Source of the DNA: a virus
DNA: 24,372 bases
Direction: 5' to 3' (one strand)
Virus record (IMG/VR): IMGVR_UViG_2917587430_000001
Span: 89,228-113,599 of that record
Each line of letters begins with the position of its first letter. Positions within the stretch are counted from its first letter, which is position 1. Shown here in pieces: positions 7,848 through 16,300 of this stretch. Made by a program: the position numbers and the translations under genes. The notes beneath the pieces were generated by a model, which was not told the origin of the DNA, did no database searches, and was given only the letters and a program-made list of their open reading frames with translations.

Positions 7848-8118
7848 TTAAGCTTGGGCGTTTAAGAGATAGTCGGTTTTACCGCTGTTGCACTCATTGC
7901 AGGCTTGTAATTAGGTTGTCTTCCGAATCGCTACCACCTTTCGCTCTAGGATGAATGTAGTCAACAACCAGTTCTACATTTTCACCACTGGTAAGTAGGC
8001 TTCTGCTACAGTAGCGACATTTGAACCCGTCCCTCTGCAAGATTCGAAACCTGGTTGATAGCAAACCTGGACGAGATGAAGCACTCTTCAACACAGGATT
8101 TAGAATTCGCTCCTGCAT
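7848..8118 (-). pseudogene. HNH endonuclease, frameshifted
   Basis: RFRILQRDGFKCRYC...VDYIHPRAKGGSDSEDNLIT, then removing one A near 7905 restores ACNECNSGKTDYLLNAQA*. The catalytic DH is DY. Confidence 0.8.
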
Positions 8119-8346
8119 CTCTATAACCTCAAGGTTGTCCGCTAACTGTCGAGCAATTTTGATTAGGTCAGCTTTGGAGTGCGATCGCCACCATCAGTCT
8201 GGTATGAAACGACAACCAGAAGGCAGGATATTCTAAAAATCCATTTCTAGGAACGGCGATGGCATAACCGAACTCTCAAACCAAGCAGATGTCAGTAGTA
8301 TAGCCCTTTCCTATTTCTCAAATTCTCAGGTTGTCTTAGGCTTGTC

Positions 8347-8379
8347 TTATCCCAGATATTGGTCAAATATCTGGGATAA
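8347..8379. repeat. Perfect 14-bp inverted repeat, 5-nt spacer
   Basis: TTATCCCAGATATT-ggtca-AATATCTGGGATAA. Confidence 0.9.
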
Positions 8380-8507
8380 AGACTTAAGGAGGTAAGTATA
8401 ATTGCTTATTCACGATCGGTTGAAATAGAGCATTTTCGTTCTCCTCCTCTCACGCTTTAATCGAAAGAGCAGGGATTCCAATCTGCCCAAATGGACGGCA
8501 TTATGCA

Positions 8508-8605
8508 GAATCATTCGCCGATCCATCTAAAACAGCTGGATCGGCGGAATGATTCCCTCTAATAATAGTTGAGGTGCCTAATATCAACTGTTATTAGAGG
8601 GAATC
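8508..8605. repeat. Two overlapping long inverted repeats
   Basis: GAATCATTCGCCGATCCA..TGGATCGGCGGAATGATTC (8508-8555, one bulge) and GATTCCCTCTAATAATAGTTGA..TCAACTGTTATTAGAGGGAATC (8551-8605, 21/22 match, 11-nt spacer). Confidence 0.9.
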
Positions 8606-8781
8606 CTATAGCTCATTACACCAAAGTGATTGCTAAAGCGTATAAGCTGTATGAGGCTTCCAGCAAAATTCGGACTGCCTACGATGCTGGAGAACTGAAC
8701 TGGAGTGGACTCTATAACCTGGCATTTAGCTTCAAGAAGGCAGACACCGTAGAGACTGCTGAAGCTCGGATGTCCGCTTAA
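8606..8781 (+). pseudogene. Probable gene fragment of unknown function
   Basis: Open frame ...LYEASSKIRTAYDAGELNWSGLYNLA... with protein-like composition and no convincing start; weak resemblance to ParB-type helical regions. Confidence 0.3.
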
Positions 8782-8787
8782 CAAATT

Positions 8788-8821
8788 TGGCGATCTCACA
8801 GAGATACCCGCAAGGGGTCGC
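8788..8821 (+). repeat. HIP1 site split by 24-nt insertion (small dispersed repeat-like), copy 1
   Basis: TG-GCGA-[TCTCACAGAGATACCCGCAAGGGG]-TCGC; 33/34 identical to 9019-9052. Confidence 0.8.
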
Positions 8822-9229
8822 AAAGATTCGCGGCTAGAGACAGTGTGTGATCCATGCCTGGGCACTGGTCGGCTGCTGCTGACTGCCTCCAACTACTCGC
8901 TGAGGCTGTATGGGCAAGACATCAACGACACGGTGATCAAAGCTGCCTTAGTCAACGGCTATCTCTACGCTCCCTGGCTGGTCAAGCCGTTGCCATTTCT
9001 AGATTCTGAACTGCTCTATGGCGATCTCGCAGAGATACCCGCAAGGGGTCGCTCAGCTTCTATCTCAGACTCCATGACGGCGACAGCCGACCAAAATCCT
9101 GCCGCTGCTCAATACCTCGCAGAGACAGAACACGACGCAGAAAACCAGTGGAAGTTTGAACCCATCAAGAAGCGTAAGCGCAAGGGAAAGAACGACTCCG
9201 AGGAAGTTTGGCAGGGTTCAATCTTCTAA
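8822..9229 (+). pseudogene. C-terminal fragment of an N6-DNA-methylase-like SAM-dependent methyltransferase
   Basis: SAM-binding motif VCDPCLGTGRLL and LYGQDIN. No NPPY/DPPY motif, and no N-terminus (frame begins at the HIP1 insertion). Confidence 0.6.
9019..9052 (+). repeat. HIP1 site split by 24-nt in-frame insertion, copy 2
   Basis: TG-GCGA-[TCTCGCAGAGATACCCGCAAGGGG]-TCGC inside the methyltransferase frame (GD-LAEIPARG-R). Confidence 0.8.
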
Positions 9230-9240
9230 TTTGAATAATG

Positions 9241-9269
9241 TTGACACTAATCAAGTTAAAGCTGATAAT
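9241..9269 (+). promoter_or_regulatory. Sigma70-type promoter
   Basis: TTGACA-17 nt-GATAAT. Followed by GGAG RBS and ATG at 9330 whose frame has a stop at codon 8. Confidence 0.6.
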
Positions 9270-9433
9270 TTAATTGTCTAAGCTGTTTTAGGCACCTCAA
9301 CACACGACACTAATCGACTTGGAGCAATCATGTCTCAACAACTTACTGGCTGAACGAATTTCGACCTTGAAGCGGCGACTCGCTACGACGAAGGATTTGT
9401 TGGGTTTCCTTCATCAACCCAACCGACGAATGA

Positions 9434-9789
9434 GCGATCGCACTTCTCAATGTGGGTTTGCAGTTTTCGAAGGTTGCAGTAATTCTTACTCTTCAACCAG
9501 TTAATGACCGATTGCCATTGTTCTGGTTTAAGACATCCAACCGAGTCAGCGTAGCCTTACTTCAACCCCAGAGTTCCGAACTGTTCGTACCGTCCCACTA
9601 ACTTCTATGACTGCTTCAATCTCCTAGTGTTTGTATCCTTTGAGGTCTATATGAACCGCCAAGGCTCGTTTCAGTTCACGGGCAGCCGGATTTGAGTCAA
9701 TTAATTCAGCAAGGCTGTCTGATATCGGAGGCTTTCAAAGCAACTTTGGTTCCTTCAATCTCTCAACATATCATTTAGAACTGCTATAG
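9434..9789 (-). mobile_element. IS630-family remnant: left end and degraded transposase N-terminus
   Basis: End sequence CTATAGCAGTTCTAAATGA (9789-9771, TA-flanked). Translation LAELIDSNPAARELKRALAVHIDLKGYKH*EIEAVIEVSG / YEQFGTLGLK*GYADSVGCLKPEQWQSVINWLKSKNYCNLRKLQTHIEK resembles cyanobacterial IS630 HTH regions. Truncated at a HIP1 site. Confidence 0.72.
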
Positions 9790-9805
9790 CAAGAACTGCT
9801 TCTTC

Positions 9806-12800
9806 TCAGATTGATTTAGGAGAGATCAAATCTTGGAAGTATTCATTACTATGCAAGTCTAACCATGCTACATCCTGACGCGCCCAAATTACGGCTTGAC
9901 GCTTCAAGGATATAGACTGCTCTAAGTAATTCAAAGCAGCATCAATATTTCCGGTTACTGCTTCCAGACCTCCCAAACCATAAAGGGCTGTGCCACGAGA
10001 TTTTGTATAAAGCAAAGAGGTAAGGGTTGGTCGAACCGCTTCGATTTGAAGATAAGCATCAGTTACTCCTCGCAATCGAACAGTAGCAATAGCGATATTA
10101 TAAAGATCGCTAAAGGCATTAGGGTTTCGCTTAAGTGACTCTCTATAATTCTGAATTGCCTCAGAATAACGCCCAAGATAAGTAAGTACTAACCCTTGAT
10201 TTCCCCAGCAATCGCGTCCTGAAGACATTGCTGTATCAAAGTCAGTAAGAGCCTCGTCATATAATCTCATTAATCGATACGTATCAGCCCTATTTTCAAC
10301 AGCCCAAGCATCTTGTGGGTCAAGTTCAATAGCTCTGTCAAGGTCTTCTAGAGATTTCTCATACTGTTCTAACTCACGATAAGTTATGCCACGATGAGCA
10401 ATTGCCCAAGCATCTTGTGGGTCAAGTTCAATAGCTCTGTCAAGGTCTTCTAGAGATTTCTCATACTGTTCTAACTCACGATAGGTTATGCCGCGATGAG
10501 CAATTGCCCAAGCACCTTGTGGGTTAAGTTCAATAGCTCTGTCAAGGTCTTCTAGAGATTTCTCATACTGTTCTAACTCACGATAGGTTATGCCGCGATG
10601 AGCAATTGCTGGAATATAAGATGAGTCTGAATCAATTGCCTCAGAAAAATCTACTATGGCATAATCCTTATATCCTGCTTTGCTCATTGCTCGAGCACGG
10701 CAATAGCGTACCACTGCTCTTTCTAATTGTGGTATTGGTGCTTCTGTAATTAACCGAGGAATTTCAAGGCGAGGATACACCAATTGATGTATCCTAACTA
10801 ACGAGAGCCAACATTCAGGGCAAGCTGGCTCTGCCGATAATGATTTAAGAAACGAATCAATAGCCTTTTCAGGCAGTCCCATACTTTGGAATGTTAAACC
10901 TATTTCTTTTCGCCCCACATGCTCAAAATCTGGCTCCGATGCGATCGCCTTCTGAAGATCAGTTAAACTTGCTTCATAACGCTCCATCAAACGATAGGTT
11001 ATACCGCGCTGCGCAATTGCCCGACTATATTTTGGGTCGAGTTCGATAGCTTTATCAAAGTCTTTAAGCGCCTCTTCATAACGCTCCATTAAACGATGGA
11101 TTAGACCGCGCTGCGCAATTGCCCAACTATATTTTGGGTCGAGTTTGATAGCTTTATCAAAGTCTTTAAGCGCCTCTTCATAACGCTCCATTAAACGATG
11201 GATTAGACCGCGCTGCGCAATTGCCCAACTATATTTTGGGTCGAGTTCGATAACTTTATTAAAGTCTTCGAGCGCCTCTCTATAACGGTCTATATCTTGA
11301 TAAGTTAGACCGCGTTGCGCAATCTTCCAACTAGATTTTGGGTCGAGTTCGATAGCTTTATCAAAGTCTTTGAGCGCCTCCTCATAACGCTCCATGTCTT
11401 GATAAGTTTCACCACGACTAGCAATTGCCCAAGCATAAGCTGGATCTAATTCAATGGCTCTATCAAAATCTATTAACGCCTCTTCATAATATTCCATCAG
11501 ACGATACACTTCGCCTCGCCAAGCCAAACCAATAGGTTTCCACTGTGCCTCAATCGTAGAATGTCCAATAAGAGCAGTAAACATTTCAGCAGCAACTTCG
11601 TAGCGTTCCTCCTCATACGCCTTTAATCCTTCAATCAGTTGCTCACTCCAACGCAAAATTTCGGTTGCATCTCTATCTTGGGCTGCCCGCATCATTGTTT
11701 CCGCCCAACGTAACGCAAACTTGCGTTGATTCTTTAGAGCAGCTAGAAACTCGTTTAAAGCAATTGCAAGATTCTTTTGTGGAGCTTGGCATAGTCGATG
11801 ATATAACACATTCAATGTATAGCTTTGCCAAGCTAAATCTCTTCGTTGCACTTCTTCGCTCAACTGCAGTTCGTTGCGAAGTCGCTCAAAGTAATCTGCT
11901 AGTTTTCCATGTAATTCAGCCCAGCTCTGAGGATAAGCGAGCCGTTTATGACGTAACATTTGAGATCTGACGATTTCGTGATACATCCAGCCATCAGTTC
12001 TTTCCTCAACAAAAGGCATTTCCTTCAACCAATCAAATAATTCATCTGCTTCATTCCATTCTCTAAGTTGGGCTAAAACGTCTCTGTTTAAGTACTGTGG
12101 AATAGCAGCATCTAAAGCCACCTGTCGTCGTTTTGAGTCATCTACCCAGCTCAAGAAACGTTCAACTGCTGTTCCGCTAGGATCACCAACCTCATCAGGC
12201 GTGTGTGGAATCTCTGTAGCCAATGTGGCAACTAGCAGAGGTAACCGTCCAGAAAGCCGTAAAATAACATCAACGACCGTTTTACTAGTGATTCCTTTTT
12301 GAGCAAGAAACTGTTGGGCTTCCTCTTCCGTAAATGGCTCTAGAGGCATTCGCGTTATTAATCCTTCATAGGATGCCCAACGATTTTTGTCTAGTTCGTG
12401 TCGTCCGGCAATCACGAACAATACATTCAAAGGTATTTCACCATACCGACCTTCTATAACGTCCTGGAGCCAGTTATCTAAAAAATTTCCTGTCCGCTCG
12501 TAAGTATCAAAAAACAAAATTATTCCAGACTTCTCAGCAATCTTCTTAATTTCTTCTAAGAATAGAGGCGTTAAAACTTCAATTGGTTCTTGAACTAAAC
12601 GAACTTCATCTTTATTAGTTAACTTCTTCGCGACGTAAGATGCCCATTCTCCTGCCTGTGCTGCTGCCACATCCTCATCTACCAAATCAAAGACAGCTCC
12701 TCCAACTGGAATTCGTCGCGCCAATTTTACGCTAGCTTTAACAGCCGTTTTACTAACAAAAGCAGAAAAGCCTTGTGGAGCTTCTGCATCAGTCTCTAAT

Positions 12801-13159
12801 TCTTGGCGTTTCTGACGAAAAACTTTGTAGCGTTCGCTAAATTGCCCCAGTTTATAGTGCTTCTCCAGATGTTCTCCAAATCTTCCCAGGACTTCTGGCA
12901 CACTTTTTTCTGCCTCGTCAATATGAGCGGTGATTACTCCTCTCTCCTCTGCAATCTTACGAAACTGCTTGAGTAAAGTACTTTTACCAATTCCTCCTTG
13001 CCCTGAAGCATTAAATATGAACCAACGCCTGTAGTCTTCCAAGGGCAGTTCCAAGTTCTGTCGAAACTGAGCAACCTGCTCTGTCCGTCCCACAAAGCCA
13101 GACTGTTGGCGCTGTTTGAGAACGTCTTGGATACTTCTGACTCTATTTAATGAATTCAT
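9806..13159 (-). CDS. P-loop NTPase (STAND/AAA-like) with C-terminal TPR array
   Basis: FVGR motif, Walker A GQGGIGKST, Walker B LFFDTYE, IAGR sensor, LEPF, SGRLPL (GxP) motifs; >10 34-aa TPR units. Confidence 0.88.
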   Translation of the reverse strand: MNSLNRVRSIQDVLKQRQQSGFVGRTEQVAQFRQNLELPLEDYRRWFIFNASGQGGIGKSTLLKQFRKIAEERGVITAHIDEAEKSVPEVLGRFGEHLEKHYKLGQFSERYKVFRQKRQELETDAEAPQGFSAFVSKTAVKASVKLARRIPVGGAVFDLVDEDVAAAQAGEWASYVAKKLTNKDEVRLVQEPIEVLTPLFLEEIKKIAEKSGIILFFDTYERTGNFLDNWLQDVIEGRYGEIPLNVLFVIAGRHELDKNRWASYEGLITRMPLEPFTEEEAQQFLAQKGITSKTVVDVILRLSGRLPLLVATLATEIPHTPDEVGDPSGTAVERFLSWVDDSKRRQVALDAAIPQYLNRDVLAQLREWNEADELFDWLKEMPFVEERTDGWMYHEIVRSQMLRHKRLAYPQSWAELHGKLADYFERLRNELQLSEEVQRRDLAWQSYTLNVLYHRLCQAPQKNLAIALNEFLAALKNQRKFALRWAETMMRAAQDRDATEILRWSEQLIEGLKAYEEERYEVAAEMFTALIGHSTIEAQWKPIGLAWRGEVYRLMEYYEEALIDFDRAIELDPAYAWAIASRGETYQDMERYEEALKDFDKAIELDPKSSWKIAQRGLTYQDIDRYREALEDFNKVIELDPKYSWAIAQRGLIHRLMERYEEALKDFDKAIKLDPKYSWAIAQRGLIHRLMERYEEALKDFDKAIELDPKYSRAIAQRGITYRLMERYEASLTDLQKAIASEPDFEHVGRKEIGLTFQSMGLPEKAIDSFLKSLSAEPACPECWLSLVRIHQLVYPRLEIPRLITEAPIPQLERAVVRYCRARAMSKAGYKDYAIVDFSEAIDSDSSYIPAIAHRGITYRELEQYEKSLEDLDRAIELNPQGAWAIAHRGITYRELEQYEKSLEDLDRAIELDPQDAWAIAHRGITYRELEQYEKSLEDLDRAIELDPQDAWAVENRADTYRLMRLYDEALTDFDTAMSSGRDCWGNQGLVLTYLGRYSEAIQNYRESLKRNPNAFSDLYNIAIATVRLRGVTDAYLQIEAVRPTLTSLLYTKSRGTALYGLGGLEAVTGNIDAALNYLEQSISLKRQAVIWARQDVAWLDLHSNEYFQDLISPKSI
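10302..10609 (-). repeat. Three near-identical 102-bp tandem repeats (TPR units)
   Basis: Unit starts at 10302, 10404, 10506; encodes AIAHRGITYRELEQYEKSLEDLDRAIELDPQDAW. Confidence 0.95.
10972..11520 (-). repeat. About five 102-bp tandem repeats (second TPR unit type)
   Basis: Units in register at 10972, 11074, 11176, 11278, 11380; encode AIAQRGLIHRLMERYEEALKDFDKAIELDPKYSW. Confidence 0.9.
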
Positions 13160-13294
13160 AGGTGTCTTAACACGAAGTGTCTGAAGTTCTTAAGTAGCTG
13201 GGTGCAATTAGATGTAGGACGTGTTAGTGCCAGTGGAAGACATCAAGCCATCCTAACCCTGTAGAATTGAAAAGCCATTTAATGCCCCCAATCA

Positions 13295-13371
13295 GCTTAA
13301 CAATCGTCTTCAGCGGCGGTGTAGGGGCTGGGGAAGAAAACTCCCCTGGCTACCCGATAGCTCGGTTAGGG
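13295..13371 (-). mobile_element. Disrupted attC-like site
   Basis: Minus strand: CCCTAAC 2 nt after the stop codon of the helicase gene, and an intact right half GCTGAAG-ACGATT-GTTAAGC. The interior is replaced by an intron-like hairpin. Confidence 0.6.
13314..13358 (+). ncRNA. Group IIC intron 3'-end remnant (3' strand of domain V and domain VI)
   Basis: CGGCGGTGTAGGGGCTGGGGAAGAAAACTCCCCTGGCTACCCGAT resembles the IIC terminus CGGTGGTGTGGGGGCTGG...CCGGCTACCCGAT with bulged A and AY end. Antisense to the cassette genes. Confidence 0.65.
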
Positions 13372-13373
13372 TG

Positions 13374-16300
13374 CTAGAGTCGCACCTTAATTTGGGAGAT
13401 ATCAACCTCCTCTGATTTGATTGCTCGAATATATCTGAACTTCCAGACTTCAGTATTTTCAATTATTCTAAAACCGGCAGTTTCAAGACCTCTAACAAAC
13501 CCTTGAAGATCTTTAATACGGGACGTTACTTCATAAATCCAGAGTTGCCCATCAAGTTTTAGGGTGCGGGATGCTTCTCGAATGTAATCAGCAATGTTCA
13601 AACCCATCAGTGACAAATTGAACATAGCAACGTCCAGACAGCCATCCTCCAAAGGTACACGAACCATGTCACACTCAATGACTGAGTCATTGATAGCAAT
13701 GAAATCAAAGCTATGAACCGTATGCTTGCCGACAAGAGCTTTAGCTATCAATGCTTCCCCACAACCCAAATCAGCGACAACTAAATCAGAACGCTTTTGA
13801 AGCCACTTAATAGCCTCCTCATAGGGAATAACTGTCCAAGTTTTTCGAGCGTCTTGATAAAGTGTATGGTATTGCATCCACTCTTCCGGATTGCCTTGTA
13901 AGCGTTTATAGGTAGTGTGACTGTAGCTATTACTCCAACGGGCATTCATCCGGCTAAAGTCACCGTATTGAACATTACGGCGTCGAACATCTGATGGATC
14001 AATATCTGGAAGTGGGACAAAGATTTTAGGACGAATAGCTAGTTTCTGTTCACCTGTCTTCAACCTTTCTAACCATTTACGCAGATCTCGAAATGCTTGG
14101 GATTCAGTCCTTAGCTGACCTTCAGGCATTACACCATCAACCGCAGCATCGGCAACCGTTTGCTTGTTTTGTAGTCGCGCTAATCGCCCCTCATCCCAAC
14201 TCCATCGTTCTCCATCATCTAAGCCGTAAGTTACAGGCATGAGGATTGTGAGAGTGTCATGAACTTGCCCCTGACGATTTAATCGTCCTTCTAGTTGCTC
14301 TAGTTCGGCACTTGTCCAAGGTGGAATATTTAAAATCAAGCGATCGCAGACTCGTTGAAAGCCATCAACACCGGTAGCCATAGCACTACTGGCAATCAGA
14401 ATGTCAGTAGAACCGTCAATGAAATTGTTACGCCCACTTTTATCACCTCCCATGTGAAAACCAACAGTCCATCCGTCTGCCTCGATTGCCTCTTTTAGCT
14501 GATCGACGATGCCCTCAACATAGTGGGTATAAACAATAGTTTTGGGACGGAGTTCCTTGAGAATGGTTGGAATTCTAGCACGGGTAAGGATCTGCTCCAT
14601 CTTCAAAATAGAGGTGCCTTCTTCGCGAATTTTATCAACTAAATGAGTGCAGTCAATTGGAAGCCTAACTCTATTGATTCTAATTTTGGGTTTGACTCTA
14701 GAACGAATTCCCAGAGTCACAAACGCCTGATGCAATCGCATACAGTTATTAAGGGTGGCTTTCTCATTTAATTCAGGTCGTTCTACACCTGTCACTAATT
14801 CAACCAAGCTTTTACCTTCTTTTAGGTTGTTAATAACGGGAGTTGCACTCATTCCAAGCACATGAAGATTAGGATTCTTCTCTGCTGCGTTAGTAATCAA
14901 GGCAAGAACCATCTGCCGTCGTTTAGACGGATCATCACCACGTTGCTTGCAACGATGAATCTCATCCACAATGATGAAGTCAATTTGATATCGCTCTAGC
15001 AGGTGCCTAATGTGAGCAGGCGTTGAAGGTTGTTGGAACATCTCGTGATTTAAGAGGATGTAATGATGCCCCTCTTCAATATCTATCCAGTGAGGATTAA
15101 AGTTTTTGATTGTAACTCGGCTATCTGGAAAAACATGTTTAATTTCTCCATGCCAGTTTGGCACCGTATCTAATGGACAGATGATGATAGTGAGATGGGC
15201 ATCAATGATGCGACTGCTAAGAATGCCACCAATCGTTTTACCTGTTCCTGTCAATGAGAGGTTTAACATTCGCTGCTGGTTACGTAAATTCACCGCAGCT
15301 AATTTTTGCATTAAGTTTGGAGGTGTGACTTTGCCATCAACTCGGAATGCCCAACCTGATGGAATTGCCATATCGTGCGCTTGGTTATATTCGTCAAGAA
15401 ATTGATCTCTTACTTGACGACCATAGCCATCATCCGTAAAAGCTTCAATTGCTTCAACGGCAGATTCATCCTCAAAGACTTCTGCCCAGATCCGATTGCG
15501 TCTAGAAGCAATAAAAAAATCAATTGCTTCTTGATCAGCTGAAGCAACAATTTCGCTGCTTAAAAATTCTAGACTTTTTCTAACCTTGACTTTTGGTAAC
15601 TCATTGAGCTCATTAAGTTGCTCTTGAGAAGCACCAGTTGTTTCAAAGGTTTCAGATTCCTCAGATATGCTAAGTGATGGAATAGTATCGACAATCTGTA
15701 GCTCGGTATCAGCTTTAATAACATCAACTGAATCAGTTTCAGGTTCAGACGTTTTGACTCCCTTACCTTGAATTACATCTCGAAGTTTTTGACCTGCCAG
15801 TTTACCCTTAATAATCTCTTTAACAATCTTAAGTCCTTCAAGGTTTGTCGTATCTAAAACACCCGATTGCTCAAATATTTTATATAATTCAGCCTGAGTC
15901 AGGTTTGGAATATGAACTTCTAAACTAGCAACGAACTGGCGAATAGCCTCTATAGTCCAACCCGAACCACAACGAGCACATCCACTATTGCCTTGACTCC
16001 AAGAAGCTCTAGTAATGCTAGTTATTCTAGCTTTCCATTCATATCCATCAATAGGACATTTAAACCAAGCGTCTTGGCTTGAACCTCTAGTTAATTTATC
16101 AGGATTTAAACCAAGACTAGTATTTTTGCCATAATCCCAATACTGAGCTACGTAATTAGGGTAAAGTCCAATCAAGGATGTAGTTTCAGTAGCGATTAAA
16201 CCTCTGCAAGCTGGACAACCGCTGTTACCCTTTTGCCAAGCTGATCTGGCAACTGAAGTAATAGATGCGACCCACTCATGCCCATCAACAGGGCACTTGA

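Noticed and set aside
8788-9052. Minimal CRISPR array from the two 34-bp repeats
   Set aside because: Only two copies, a 197-bp coding 'spacer' and no cas genes; better explained as insertions into HIP1.
8843-9229. Functional restriction-modification methyltransferase
   Set aside because: N-terminus missing, no catalytic NPPY/DPPY motif and no cognate nuclease.
10302-11520. CRISPR array or DGR template/variable repeats
   Set aside because: Contiguous 102-bp in-frame units encoding TPRs, no spacers, no evident adenine-specific variation and no reverse transcriptase.
9806-13159. Assignment to a named Avs type
   Set aside because: No N-terminal effector domain and no way to test family membership without HMMs.
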